From the NCBI GenBank assembly GCA_963514005.1, contig OY740795.1:620001-684000 (forward strand): a DNA stretch of 64,000 nt. The letters are read 5' to 3'. The position numbers and the translations under genes are program-made. Below are positions 24,961-39,374 of this stretch, piece by piece. The notes beneath the pieces are model-generated. The model was given only the letters and a program-made list of their open reading frames with translations. It searched no databases and was not told the DNA's origin. Source of the stretch: Raja brachyura (taxonomy: Eukaryota). The number at the start of each line of letters is the position of its first letter. Positions within the stretch are counted from its first letter, which is position 1.

Positions 24961-27900
24961 TAATGGATCTAGAACACAATTGAAATCTCCCCCTATTATC
25001 ACATTTTGATAGTTAAACTCTGAAATTATATCCTGAATTTTTCTAAAGAATTGGGGGTTATCAAAGTTGGGAGCATAAATATTTATCAAAGTAAGTGGGG
25101 TAGAGTGAATTTCTCCCGTAACTATCACGAACCTCCACTCTTTATCTGCTACGATATTCTTTGGTTTGAATGGTATACCTTTACGAATAATAATAGCCGT
25201 GGCCATAGATTTAGAACTGAATGAAGAGTATTATGTTTGCCCAATCCAATTTGCCTTAAATCTTATACGTGTTTGATGTTTCAGATGTGTTTATTGTAAA
25301 ACAATTATGTCACAAATTAGTGCTTTTAATTGGGCAAAAATCTTACCCCTTTGAATTGGTTCATTCGCGCCCCTTATATTCCAACGACAGAACGTGATTC
25401 CTCCAGTTTTCTTTTGTTTGTCGTCTTGGATTGTAAATCATGTTAATACCCTTAAGTCATAAGGTGCAACCAAGTACTCAGAATTCTAAGTGATTGGTGG
25501 TCATCCACAGCTGTTACATTTTGTTGGCATATCCCCTTTAAAATAGACCTTAGAAAATACCAGAAAGTGTAAAGTGGTGAAAAGTTAATAGAAAAACAAA
25601 AAGTGATATTATAATATGAAAAAATAAAGATATTATAATTTTAAAAAAGCCACCAAAAGGTGATAGAAAAATTATTTTAGACGTCCTTAGATGTTGTTAT
25701 ACATTCCGCTCTGCCCCCTTGACCAATTATTATTAAAAGGAAGAGAGACCGGTTCAAAATTAAAAATATATAAATATAAGATAAACCGCATTCCAAATCT
25801 AACTATTCGAATGCATCTTCAGAAAATCCAACATTAAGTATACACTCAAATATAACAGTAACTATGTTAGTTATATACCCATGTCTGTCGATATACCGAC
25901 AATCATTACATTTCACTTCCGTATTAAGTCCCATTCTTTTATATTAGCCAGCAGCGGGTTCCAAGGGGTTAACCAGAATCAGACCCTTCGATAATTACCA
26001 AGTTCCTAATCTCCCCCCCCCCCTTTCCGCACAGTTTAAACTAAATCTACTGTATCCATTAAGTTTGGTAGTATATTGTTAATACTTATCGATCATATTT
26101 AGTTCATTATTCTTATACTTAGAAGTTAATAAACATCATGAGATAAAAGTCAGCCATTATTACGCTGTGCATCAATATTGCACAATAGTGGGTTATTGTT
26201 GTGGCGTTAGTTATATTAGTTAAGTGTTTTATGTTAGTATATAATTGTATGTTTCTTAAGTAATATTTTTTTGTACACAAGTCCGTTGGTATTGTTTTTT
26301 CGTATTTCCAAATTCCGTTTGTTTACCACCACGGTTTATCTTACTATCCAAGTCCTTCATTCAGAGTGAAACATAAAGTCCGACCTTGAATTAACATTCC
26401 AGAGATAAAGTGTCTAGATAAAGCACCTCGTGGAGAAATCCGCCATCTTAACAACAGCAGCCTTTTTAATTAAAACAATCCTTTCTTCGCCGCTTCTCCC
26501 CTGTATTGTTGTGGGAGACCGACTCCTGTGCGATACCTTGTGCATATTTAAATGCCTATTCTGGGTCCGTGAAGACACGTTCAACAGAGTTATAAGTGAA
26601 CCTCATATTTGCAGGGTACATTATTCCATATCTTACGCCAGTAATTTCTTTCAAAATCATTCTTGTCTTTGAGAACATGTCCTTCTTTTTATCTATTTCT
26701 ACTGGATAGTCACGAAATAATCTTAGGTTATCCTCTCCAAACGCCAAATTCGATCCTTATGGAATCAGTTTAATAATTTATTCCAGAGTAGAGATGTCAT
26801 AAAATGTCACAATGACCCGTCTTGGGGGGGGGGGGGGGGGGGAGGGGGGGGGGGCAGCTGAGCTTGTTTGAGCCTTGCGTCGAACCCGGTGAGCCACGTC
26901 CATTCTCGGGTTTTCAGGCAGGTTAAATACTTGTTTAAGTAAGTTGGCAGCAAACGCCCGAGGGTTTTGTCCACTCTTCCTTCCCTCTTTTACTCCAACT
27001 ATTCTTACATTCTGCCTTCACGATCTTGCTTCCAAGTCCAGACATTTATCCTTCATTTTGGCAAGTTCCCCCCCAGTACTTTCTTGCTCCTTTATCAGCC
27101 TCCTTATCTCCTTAGACATCTCAGTCATTGTATTATCCATTTCTTCCATATCCGAATTATATTTTGCAATGTTCTTGAGAATTGAATCTAACTTCTTATT
27201 ACAGTTTTTTTCAACCCGCTTAATTTTCCTGTTTAAATCCTCCTCAATGTATTCAACACGTTTATTTAAGTTATCAATTTTCAGCATCAGCTTCTCATTA
27301 CCGTGTTTAATTTTTTTAAATCAATTTAGAAATATCTTGGGTAACTGAAGCGCTTTCCGACTGCTCCAATTGTTCCATCTGTCCATCCTTTGAAGTAATT
27401 TCTGTAGGAGGACTTCGAGAGTCAGCTTCTTCTTCCGAGATTTCAGCAGATGTTTGTGGAGTTTGAGGAATCTTACTAATTTTTTTCAAGTAGAGTCTTG
27501 TAGCAGGTCTTGCACCAGGTTTTGCAGGCTTCTGGTGAGGTTTCCCTTTTTTCATTTAAAACTGCTGTTAATCTCCGTCTTTTCGCGGCGACTTCAGATG
27601 CCGTCACTTATGCGACGTCAAACATCTCCGGTGTGTATTTTTAAATCGGTCCCGTCTTCCAAACCGTCTTGTTTTCAAGATATAACCGGAGCGGAGCTCG
27701 ATGCTGCGCATTGTTACTCCATGGCGCCACCGGAAGTTGAAAACTTCGTTAATGAGCTATGATACGTTTTATTCAATGATGAAAGTCATCTATAGAACAC
27801 GTTGCAGCTATTTAACTGAAAATCTTCACTCGTGTTGAAAACAATATCTTCTCGGCATATGGATGCATATTCATGAAATAAACAAAAGTTGTATGATTGA

Positions 27901-28086
27901 ACTGAGCACTTGGGTATACGTACATGAGGTGAGACTCAATTGAGACCATGAACCTCCTAAGCACCTGGGCCTGACCGACAGGGCGAATGGACATCAAATA
28001 TCCAAACATTAAATGGTGTATTTTCTGATAAACCCCACAGCATGAAGCCTAGGTGGTCGCTCGTTTTTGTTATATTATTCTAACTA

Positions 28087-28991
28087 TCACTTTACCGATT
28101 TAAATATATTTCCAGTGCAAAGGATCGGATATGTTAGCACACGGTACAGCTCCTCTCTGAACTTGCTCTGTGTCACAGTGTAAATGGCCGTGTTGGTGCA
28201 GGAGCTCAGCAGCTGAAGCATAGATCCAACCTTTTCCAACCGTTCCTTAGGGTTTCTCCAGGCCATGTACATAAAGACTTTCAAACTTCGAACCGCAATA
28301 AAATGTGCAACACTTGTGGCCAAGAGAAGGATGAAGCAGCTAGATTGGCACAAGTAAAACGACCGACCGTCTGCGGTTCACCATCTCCTGGTCTTTCTTT
28401 TTCTCCCCACCGCTGAGGTCTCGGAGGTTCCTGCGGACTCGACTGGCCACTAAAATACGCCTGACGGTGAGCGCGTTAAACAACAAAATCAAGCAGAATT
28501 GAATCACCGGGGTGAACAACTGTTCGGTCCAGAGAACACCATCCATTCGGGATGAACGTTAAAAAATACGAGTTTCAGGCAGCCGAGATCTCTACCCGTT
28601 CCGCGATAAGAAGTGTATGCAAAGGGCAAGGGTAGTTTTTTGAGGCAGACGAATGGGATCACTGTCAGGCTAACAATCGACGCGTATCTCTCGGTGCAAT
28701 ATTTGGTTTTCATTTTCTGAGTAGAAATCGCAACAGAGCGATCAAAGGTGAAAGCGACTGTGAACCATACAGAACAATTCACCGAGACGGATTCCAGGAA
28801 GATCGTTATTTTGCACACAGGAGTGTAGGGCAAGGAAGCATGCCACCAATACAAATCAGCAATCCGGTAAAATATCACCTCACAGAAAATCGCAGAGAGG
28901 TCTGCGGTCGCCATGGCTACCATGTAACGAGTGATGCACTTGGAAAGGCCGCACTTGCCACGGGACAGGATCACAATCGCCATCAAATTCA
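28087..28991 (-). pseudogene. GPR139-like GPCR pseudogene copy A, exon 2
   Basis: Acceptor ttcccag|TG then NLMAIVILSRGKCGLSKCITRY...TFDRSVAI...SCTNTAIY; reading frame broken near 28530 and 28345. Confidence 0.85.
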
Positions 28992-29610
28992 CTGGGAAAG
29001 AATGAAAACTGAAACGAATTAATTGTGTGGGGTATGCGTTTGTGGCAGGGAGCAGACGGAGTAATTTAAACATGTGTCGCCAGTAGTAGAGATTACTTAT
29101 TTAACGAATCAATATGTGGGACAATCATCCGTCAAATGTTCATTCAGTAAATTATTAAATTCCTGATTACCAAAATTAGTGGGATTGCCTGATGTATAAA
29201 AGTATGACATAAAGATGGAAATATCAGTACAAAAGGCAATCCAATTTTGGTATTCTGGAATTTAATCTGCAAATGACTAAAAATCATGTTTACCAAAATT
29301 AGTGGGATTGCATTTTGTACTAATCTTCACAATATTATTTCAACCGTTTGATGTCGATGTAAAATATAGAATATTTTCATCAGGACGGACAGTGTATCTA
29401 AAAAAAGAAATTAACGATCCAAATTAACGGTCTGGATTAACGCAGTCTGTTTTCCATTGGGCCTTCGACAATGTATTTCCGAACATGAGACCAAGGAAAG
29501 GGTTGCAGTGAAGCGCGGCAAATATAATTACAAACACCCTTCACAAACACGGCTAACAATATAACGGGCACGTATTTCCTGTCGAACAGCGGGCGGGCCT
29601 CCGTACTTAC

Positions 29611-29686
29611 CTGACAAGAACAAGTGCTGGAGTATCTCAGTGGCGCAAGCAATATCTCTGGATGACATAGATAGGCGGCGTATCAT
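29611..29686 (-). pseudogene. Probable exon 1 of GPCR pseudogene copy A
   Basis: ATG at 29686; ends TCAG|gtaagt (phase 1, compatible with exon 2); similar size to exon 1 of the intact gene, but the peptide is a poor TM1. Confidence 0.5.
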
Positions 29687-30159
29687 CTCGAGCCCCTGCT
29701 TCAGCTTCAGATCGGATTAATGATCCCAAACCGTTACGTCGACTGCGTCGGCCTTCAGAGATGCGGCAAGACTGGCTGAGTTAACAGGCTCACTGCAAGA
29801 TCGCTGCATGTGTAGTTGTTTTTATCTGTTCTCTGGTTTTGTTGAGCAGGTTGTTCGTCCGACCTTCAAATCTGTCTGTGCGAAATTATCCCTATGAGAA
29901 TTTAAGAGCGATACAGAAAAAGCAGTGCCAAATGACTGGACGGGGTGTATTTCTCGTTCTGCCGAGTGCAGTATCACATTGGAAAGTAAATTACCACTCA
30001 CAGCGAGGACGAAATTGCGCTTCACCTCGCAACAGCGCAAGTACGGACATTGATTTTAGTAAAAAGCCGCGAGGGCTACATTTCTGCCAGCTTCAATGAG
30101 CGGCATCCATCAAATATACGAACACGCTTCCTCGCTCCTAAGATGCACATCGCTTACTT

Positions 30160-30400
30160 TATTTTAGTTTAGGGATACAGCGCGAAAACACAACCACCGG
30201 CCCACCTAATCCGCACCGATCACGCGACACTAACAACAGCCTACACACACAAGGGACAATTTGTTTTACTTTTATGGAGCGTGGGAGGAAACCGAAGATC
30301 TCGGGGAAAACCCAAAATGTTACGGGGAGAACGTACAAACTCCGTACAGACAAGCGCTGTAAGACAGTTGCTCAAGCGCTGCGCCACCGTGCCGCCCTAA
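30160..30400 (-). mobile_element. V-SINE (HE1-like)
   Basis: Reverse complement of the V-SINE core (gtctgtacggagtttgtacgttctcccc...); paralogous copy at ~53875-54075. Confidence 0.55.
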
Positions 30401-30869
30401 CCCCTGCTGGGCAACTCGGTATGTTCTCTTAACCTTTAATATTCTGCGCTTTTCAAACAGTTTTTGTTAGTTCCATGCGATGTGTCGACAATTAATTACC
30501 AGGTTCACCGATTGCTGCCAGAATTGGATAATACACAAGTCCTATTTTGTCGTCGATCGGAATATAATACGTTTTAATGCACGGGTTCAGACGATCACTC
30601 CTTGTGCCGCCGCACAGCGGTTGTCAGCGAAAGAAGCAAAATTGGCATATTTATAAAGTAAATAAAGGAAAAAAACAGGCAACGAGATTACAACCCTGTG
30701 GACATTACTTGCACACTTTTGAACAAACATCCACTGTTCTCCATGTAATATTCAAAATAACCTTATTTTGAAGAATAAGGTCTGAAGAAGGGTGTCGGTC
30801 CAAAACGTTGCCTATTTCCTTCGCTTCATAGTTGCTGCTGCACCCGCTGAGTTCCTCCAGCGCTTTTGT

Positions 30870-33515
30870 CAACCTTATTCTCAAACTGTGGCCCATGGTT
30901 CTCGACGCTCCCAACATCGGGAACATGTTCGTGCCTCTAGCGTGCCAAACCCTTAATAACTTGTATGTTTAAATAAGATCCCCTCTAATCCTTCTAAATT
31001 CCAGAGCTTACAAGCTCAGCCGCTCCATTCTCTCAGCATGCAACAGCCCCACCATCCCGGGAATTAACCTTGTGAACGAACGCTGCATTCCCTCAATAGC
31101 AAGATATTTGGCCGGCTAGATGCTGGAAAAAGGTCCGGATATTTAGGATGTCCAGAAACAGAGATACCAGTTTAAGAATAAGTGGTAGGCCATTTAGAAA
31201 CAGAAACAGATAATTCGATGCAGGAGTAGGCCATTAGGCCCTTCGAGCCAGCACCGCCATTCAATGTGATCATGTCAGATCATCTAAAATCAGTACCCTG
31301 TTCCTGTTTATTCCCCCAAAACCCTTGATTCCTTTAGCCCCAAGAGCTAAATCTAACTATCTCTTGAAACATCCAGTGAATTGTCCTCCACCCTTTTCTG
31401 TGGCAGAGAATTCCACCGATTCACAACTCTCTGGGTGAAATAGATTGTCCCTCATCTCAGTCCTAAATTAACTAACCTTATTCTTAAACTTTGATCCCTG
31501 GTTCTGGACTACCCCAACATCGGGAACATGTTTCCTGCATCTAGCCTATCCAACCCCTTAAGAAGTTTACATGTTTCTATAAGATACCCTCTCATCCTTC
31601 TAAATGCCAGTGAATACAAGCACACTCAACCCATTCTTTCTTCATAATGCAGTCCCGCCATAGCGGGAACTAACCTGGAGAAACGATGTTGCACTTCCTC
31701 AATAACAATTTGATTTGATTTTGATTTGATTTTATTACCTGTCATTCGAACCTCAGAGAGGCTCAAACGAAACTCCGTGTCTACAAGCTATACAAACAGA
31801 ACAATTCATTAAAAAACACACAAACAATTCAATTCACACAAACATCCATCACAGTGAATCTCCTCCTCACTGTGATGGAAGGCAAAGTCTCCTCTCTCCC
31901 CTGCACTATTTCTCTCCCGATATCGAAGCCCCAGGCGGGCGGTGTGAAGTCCCACGGCCATTTAGGCCGCGCCGGGCGATGTACGGCCCCACTCTAGGCC
32001 CAAAAGTCACAAAGGTGGAGCCCCCGGCGGGCGCTGGAATGTCCCGCGGCCATTTAAAGCCGCGCCGGGCGATGTACGGCCCCGCTCCGGGTCGTTCCAA
32101 TCCCGCGGCACGGGCGGGCGAAGTTGTGTTGCGGAGCTCCGGGAAGCGGTCTCCCACCCGGACCCGCGAGATCCCGATACCACAGTCCACCGGCAGTAAT
32201 CTGCAGCCAGAGCTGGAGCTCCGGTGTCGGGCCGCAGCTGGAGCTGGAGCTGGAGCTCCGGAGTCAGGCCGCAGCAGCGAGCCATCACCGATCCACACAC
32301 TCCGAGGCCGGCCAGCACCACGATGGTAAGTCCGCAGCTCCGCAGGCTCCGAGACTGGAGCCCCCAGGTCGTCCCGGTCGGAGGCCGCTCCACGGTGCGA
32401 GGCTCTAACGACAACGGAGACCCGACAGGGAAAAAGTCGGGTCTCCCGTGTAGAGAAGAGATTTTAAAAGTTTCCCCCTCCCCCCACCCACCCCCCACAT
32501 ATACACAGTGCCCAAAAGTTCTGTGGACAGAGATGAGGAAAATCTGTTTCACCCAGAGAGTTGTGAATCTGTGGAATGCTCTACCACAGAAGGCAGTGGA
32601 GGCCAATACACTGGAAGATTTCACGATTGAGTTAGATTTAGCTCTTAGGGCTGAACGAAACAAGGGATATTGGGAGAAAGCAGGAACCGGTTACTGATTT
32701 TCAATGGAAACATAGAAACATAGAAGATAGGTGCAGGAGGCGACTAATTGTATCTGAATGGTGTCCGATTAGGAAAAGGGGAGATGCAACGAGACCTGGG
32801 TGACATGGTTCACCAGTCATTGAAAGTAGGCATGTGGGTGCAGCAGGCAGTCAAGAAAGCAAATGGTATGTTAGCATTCATAGCAAAGGGATTTGAGTAT
32901 AGGAGCAGGGCGTTTCCACTGCAGTTGTACAGGGTCTTGGTGAGACCACACCTGGAGTATATTACGTACAGTTTTGGTCTCCAAATCTGAGGAAAGACAT
33001 TCTTGCCAGAGAGGGAGTACAGAGAAGGTTCACCAGACTGATTCCTGGGATGTCAGGACTTTCATATGAAGAAACACTGGATCGACTCGGCTTGTACTCG
33101 TTAGAATTTAGAAGATTGAGGGGGGATCTTAATGAAACTTGCAAAATTCTTAAGAGTTTGGACAGGCAAGACGCTGGAAGATTGTTCCCGATGTTGGGGA
33201 AGTCCAGAACAAGGGGTCACAGTTTAAGGATAAGGGGGACATCTTTTAGGACCGAGATGAAAAAACATTTTTCACACAGAGAGTGGTGAGTCTCTGGAAT
33301 TCTCTGCCACAGCAGGTAGTTGAGGCCAGTTCATTGGCTTTATTTAAGCGGGAGTTAGATGTGTCCCTTGAGGCTAGAGAGATCAGGGGGTATGGAGAGA
33401 TGGCAGGTACGGGATACTGAGTTGTATGGTCAGCCATAATCATATTGAATGGCGGTACAGGCTCGAAGGGCCGAATGGCCTACTCCTGCACCTATTTTCT
33501 ATGTTTCTATGTTTC
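30870..33515. mobile_element. Cluster of CR1 3' fragments in both orientations, with a GC-rich retroposon (31710-32510)
   Basis: CR1 RT C-terminal translations and tails; 32747-33515 is a + strand CR1. Confidence 0.8.
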
Positions 33516-33517
33516 TC

Positions 33518-36500
33518 TGTGGAGATAGTTTATATATGCAACCAATAACATAGTTACCTCAGTACTATTAAACCCCGCCTAGTTAACATCAATCATAACG
33601 CCTTCCCCTTCCTGGGTACAGTTCAGTAGAAGAATGTAGCCAGTGCTTGAGGATGTATGTAATACCCTGTGCTATCATTAAAAGATGTTGCACACTTTAA
33701 GAGTTTGTGAATTGCTTATTTACACGGTGTCGAAGGTGTAAGGCACTTGCGTCTCCTGTCTATCGGGTTTTATTTCATTTTTTTAATTTGTGCCCTTTTG
33801 TGCTTGATCTCTCTGACCATGGCGTCCTCTTGCAGAAGGTTTCACCCACTTTGTCAACGTTGCACACCGCTCTGATCCTGACTCCCTTAAAGCCTTCCTC
33901 CTACTCAACCTTGTCGGACCTGATGCCAGGAAGAGAGCCAGTACTTTCACCTACGCTCCAGCTGTCCTGGACGACAACAACGTGGTGACTACTCCTGCAG
34001 AATCTGCCAGTGACCCCGCTTGCCTGCTACGTAAGTTCATGGAGATTTGTGACCTGCCCTCGAACCGCATTCTAGGGAGGGCCCGTTTCATTACAAGGAA
34101 ACAGTTACCGGATGAACCTGTTGAATGTTTTATTGCGTTATCTCGCCCAGCGGTGCCGTTTTAGTGACATGACAGACCAGCTCACTAGAGACATGTTAGT
34201 AACTGGCATGCGTGACCAGAAGCTGCGATGTGAGCGTCTAAGTGATCCGGATCTAACGTTGGAAAAAGCCATGCATGCCTGCAGATTGTCTGAGGTAGTT
34301 GTATTGCCAGATGACCACCGGGACTCGGGCAGTAAATCTGCCAACTTGGCTGGGTTTAGGAGACCACAGCCTCGGATAGAAAACAATGCTTTTCTGCCGC
34401 CTGCCAACCCTGGTCCTGTTGAAGTGCCCCCCAAAAGGTGCCTAAACTGTAACTACGTGCAGCACAGACTGTCGACGTGCCCCGCCTATGGCAAGGCCTG
34501 TAACTTTTGTAAAGCACGGAATCAGTTCTCTGCCGCCTGTCGTTCCTTCCGTGGATGTGGATGGAGAACTGGCTGATGTGGATAGAGAACTGGCTGATGT
34601 GGATACAGAACTGGCTAGCAGACAGGAGGCAAAGGGTAGGAGTAAACGGGTCCTTTTCAGAATGGCAGGCAGTGACTAGTGGGGTGCCGCAAGGCTCAGT
34701 ACTGGGACCCCAGCTATTTACAATATATATTAATGAATTGGACGGGGGAATTCAATGCAACCTCCAAATTTGCAGATTACACCAAGCTGGGGTGTATAGT
34801 TAGGTGTGAGGAGGATGCTTGGAGGCTGCAGGGTGATTTGGATAGGCTGAGTGAATGGGCAGATGCATGGCAGACGCAGTATAATGTGGATAAATGTGAG
34901 GTTATCCACTTTGGTGGCAAAACATGCGGGTAGACTATTATCTGAATGGTGGCAGATTAGGAAAAGGGGAGATGCAACGATACCTGGGTGTCATGGTACA
35001 CCAGTAATTGAAAGTAGGCATGCAGGTGCAGCAGGCAGTGAAGAAACCAAATGGTATGTTAGCATTCATAGCGAAAGGATTTGAGTATAGGAGCAGGGAT
35101 GTTCTACTGCAGTTGTACAGGGTTTTGGTGAGGCCACACCTGGAGTATTGCATACAGTTTTAGTCTCCATATCTGAGGAAAGACATCCTTGCCATAGAGG
35201 GGGTACAAAGAAGATTCACCAGATTGATTCCTCGGATGTCCGGACTTTCATATGATGAAAGATTGGATAAACTCGGCTTGTACTCGCTGGAATTTAGAAG
35301 ATCGAGGGGGGATCTTATAGAAACTTACAAAATTCTTAAGGGGTTGGACAGGCTAGATGCTGGAAGATTGTTCCCGATGTTGGGGGAGTCCAGAACAAGG
35401 GGTCACAGTCTAAGGATAAGGGGGAATTCCTTTAGGACCGAGATGAGGAAAACATTCTTTACACAGAGTGTGGTGAGTCACAGGAATTCTCTGCCACAGA
35501 AGGTAGTTGAGGCCAGTTGATTGGCTATATTTTAGAGGGCGTTAGATGTGGCACTTGTGGCTAAAGGGATCAGGGGGTATGGAGAGAAGGCAGGTACGGG
35601 ATACTGAGTTGGATGATCAGCCATGATCACATTGAATGGCGGTGCAGGCTCGAAGGGCCGAATGGCCTACTCCTGCACCTATGTTTCTATGTTTCTATGT
35701 TTCTATGTTTCCATGTTTCCAGTGGGAGACAGGTACAAATTTCAAGACCCAGTCTGAACATGCTGAGACAATCTGATAGCTGTTACGACTCACAGCCCGA
35801 CATAGCTGAATCCTATGATGCAGATCCAATTAATTCTCCCGAGGATTCGAATGTGTTTACCCTCCACCAGGCACCTGACCAACGTTCTGATCCTTCCGTA
35901 TCTGTGACTGTCAATGATGTAACCTTCCTTGCAAAGTTAGACACTGGTGCGAAGGTCCACGTTTTGTCAATAAATCTTTTCAACAAGATAAGGAATGATG
36001 AGGCCCTGGTCGTTGACAATACTACTCTGCATGCCTATGGTGGAGATATTCTCAGGCCTGTGGGGAGGGCCACTTTAACTTGCGTGCTGCAAAAGGCCAC
36101 GAGAAACCTGGTTTTCTATGTTTTGAAGTCTGACTGTGTAACCCTGCTGGGCAACCGTGCGTGCCAAGATCTGGGCCTGGTGTCCTTCGGCCGCACGGTC
36201 CACAAAGTGCAATTGCCGTTTGACCCGGTTGCAGAATACTAGGACTTGTTCAATGATGACCTGGGAAAGTTACCACTGACATACCATATTTCCATTGACC
36301 CAAATATACAACCCGTGGTCCACGCATTCACAGGGTGTCTCACGCCATGAAAGACAGGGTCGAGGCGATGCTTAACAACATGGTCGAAAACGGGGTGCTA
36401 GAAGCGGTTAGCGAGACCACCGATTGGGTCTCCACCATGGTTGCCACGATAAAGAAAAACAAGAACTAAATATTTGTGTGTATCAACCCTAAGGACTTAA

Positions 36501-39329
36501 ACCTTGCCATCAGGCGACTACACTACCCCATGCGGTCTGTTGAGGACGTGGCGGCTCAAGTCAGGCAAGCCACCATCTTTTCGGTCCTAGACTCTAAGAA
36601 CTCGTTTTTGCAGATCCCATTGGATCCCATCTTCTGAACTGACGACCTTCGCCATACCGTTTGGCAGATTCAAGTTCCTGCGAATGCCATTAGGCATCAA
36701 TTCTGCTAGCGACGTGTTCCAACGAACGATGGAGCAGATATTCTCGGACCCGCCATGTGCCATCATCGTGGATGATATCCTGGTTTATGGGAAGGACATT
36801 GCCGAGCACGACCTGAACCTCCGCCACTTCCTGGATCGGGCGCGAAAGGCCGACCTGAAGCTGAATCCCACGAAGTGCCGGTTTTGTGTCTCAGAAGTCA
36901 CGTATGTTGGACACGTTTTCACCTCCAGCGGAATAAAACCCGACCCTATGAAGGCAGCTGCCATCTCCGAGATGGCAGCCCCCACTGACGTGCCAGGTCT
37001 ACAACGATTCTTGGGCATGGTGAACTACCTTGGAAAGTTTGTACCAAACCTCGGTGAGCTGAGTGCTCTCCCGGCGGCTGCTGACAAAAAAAGGATTACG
37101 CCTGGGTCTGGCTCCCACATCACCAGCAGGCTTTTGACTGCCTCAAGTCGAAACTGATTAACACTCCGACGTTGCGGTTCTTGGATGCGAGTCGCCCCAT
37201 CATCGTCACCTGTGACGCTTCCAAGTTCGGTCTTGGTGCGGCTTGCCTTCAGTCTGTCGATGGATCGTTACATCCTGTCTCCTATGCCTCCCGCAGCATG
37301 ACGGACACCGAGCAGCGGTACGCTGAGGTCGAGAAGGAGCTGCTCGCGGTGGTGTTGGCCTGTTCCAAGTTCAGAGACTTACTGTTTGGCAGCAGATTTA
37401 CGGTCGATACCGACCACCAGCCACTGGTGACAATCCTGAACAAGCCGATTCACGCTGCCCCTGCCAGGCTGCAGCGTATGAAGCTGCAACTCCAGCGGTT
37501 TGATTTCGACATCATCTACAAGAAGGGCACCGAGATGCACATTGCGGCCACCTATCGCGTGCCCTGCGGACTTCCTGTGCTCGCCACCCCTACGAAACAG
37601 AGGACTTGCTCGTACTGGGCGTTAATTTTATTCCCACCAAGCAGCTACAGCTTTTGGCCGAGCACACCGCTGCCGATCCAGTTTAGCAGCGGCTTGCCTC
37701 TGTGATTAAATCAGGGTGGCCAACAAAGCGCTCCGTTGCGCCGTCTGAAACACAGCCTTTCTTCCTGGTCCGCGACGAACTGGTGCTCCAGAATGGCGTT
37801 ATCATCAAGGGACATAAAGTGGTAGTCCCGTCCTCCCTGTTCGATTTTTACTATTGCGCATCCCATAGCGGACACCCTGGGGTCGACGCAACACTCGCCC
37901 ACGCTCAGTGCCAATTCTACTGGCCTGGAATGGCCAAATATATCCGAGACCGAGTTTCTGCCTGCTCCACGTGCAACAGTCTTGCTCCACACCAGCAGCG
38001 ACAGCCCCTGCTCCAACAGCCCGCCCCTGCCTTGGCCTTGTTCTCGTTGGCTGCCAACATCTTCGAGTGGCGTGGTAACCACTACCTGTCCTGGTCGACT
38101 CGTACTCAAACTGGTTCGAAGTGGATTTACTGACATCCCTCACGTCGGAGACGGTGATCCGAAAGCTGCGGAAACACTTCTCCACTTTTGTGTCCCCTGT
38201 CAGGCTGCAGACAGACAATGGCAGGCAGTTTACCAGCCGAGAATTCAAAAGTTTTGACGACAAGTGGAATTCCGTGTATTTCACCAGCAGCCCAGAGTAC
38301 CCACAGAGCAACGGCCTTGCTGAACGGACCGTCCGCAATGCCAAGCTTCTGATGGAACAGGCGAGACTGTCTAACTCTGATTTGTATTTGGATCTCCTGA
38401 ACCTCAGGAATGTTTCCAGGGATCCGGCCATGAGGTCCCCTGCTCAGCGTCTGATGTCCAGAACAACCAGATCTACCATCCCGATTGCCCAGCGCTAGCT
38501 GCGACCTCGGGTGCTGGAGCCCGCCTCCGAGCAGAGGCGCATTCAAGAGATACATTACCCGCAGCGGCGTTCCCACGATTGGTCGTGCAGACCACTCGAT
38601 CCTCTCTTGCCTGCACAGGTTGTTCAGTTGCAGACCGCCGGTGGTCACTCCCGTCTGGCTACCGTGGTTGGGGTGGCCGACTCACCTCATTCGTATCTGG
38701 TCGACTATGAGGGAACCATCTACCGTAGAAGCCGACAACACTTGCTTGCGGTTAATGAGCCGAAGCCGCAGCCCCCGGGGCCCTATGCCCCGCCACTCTC
38801 ATACCAGCAGTCGGCTGCTGTCCCAGCCAGTGTTCCCTGCATGCCTCGATCCCCATATCGAGCGCCCGGTTCCCCTCTGCGCGGGTCACCTGTTGCCGGT
38901 CGCGGTTCTCACTCTCCTGTTTCTCCCACCCCACCGCCCTTCCCTGGTTCCCCAGCTGCCTCGCGTCCTCCTGTTTCTTCTGCTCCTTCGGGGGAAGGGG
39001 GAGACATCCGTACGTGCTCGGGCCGGATTAGTAAGCCACCTGTTCGTTATGGCGATTTTGTTTGATTCTGCTGTTTAATTATGTTGTTGTGACAACAGTC
39101 TGTTTAGATTTTCTAAGGGGAAGGATGTAGATGGTTTATATATGCAACCAATAACATAGTTACCTCAGTACCATTAACCCCGCCTAGTTAACATCAATCA
39201 TAACGCCTTCCCCTTCCTGGGTACCGTTCAGTAGAAGAATGTAGCCAGTGCTTGAGGATGTATGTAATACCCTGTGCTACCATTAAAAGATGTTGCACGC
39301 TTTAAGAATTTGCGAATTGCTTATTTACA
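33518..39329 (+). mobile_element. Ty3/Gypsy LTR retrotransposon (non-chromovirus), defective, with a CR1 insertion
   Basis: ~205-bp LTRs at 33518-33724 and 39126-39329 (TG...CA); PPT aaggggaagga; tRNA-type PBS-like cggtgtcgaaggtg; gag Cys knuckles, protease LDTGA, RT IVDDIL, RNase H DASKFGLGA, integrase TDNG...SNGLAER. Confidence 0.92.
34552..35712 (+). mobile_element. 5'-truncated CR1 inserted between Gypsy gag and protease
   Basis: [18 protein letters not shown]...; (ctatgttt)n tail; three 21-bp repeats at its 5' junction. Confidence 0.9.
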
Positions 39330-39374
39330 CTATGTTTCTATGTTTCTATGTTTCTATGTTTCTATGTTTCTATA

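Larger units (their letters stand above)
12415..27737 (-). mobile_element. Near full-length L1-clade LINE, decayed and interrupted by nested Gypsy, CR1 and GC-rich retroposon insertions
   Basis: 5' UTR at ~27560-27737; ORF1 at 26556-27555 (coiled coil, LRLFRDYP); APE endonuclease at ~24960-25400 (LINIYAPN, IIGGDFNCVLD); RT (KTPGPDGF, DQTGFIP, SLDAERAFD, FKYLGIQIT); C-terminal region continues to ~12415. Confidence 0.85.

Noticed and set aside
31906-32697. GC-rich ORFs of 94-218 aa
   Set aside because: Lie inside a repeat core and read into CR1 sequence; no domain motifs
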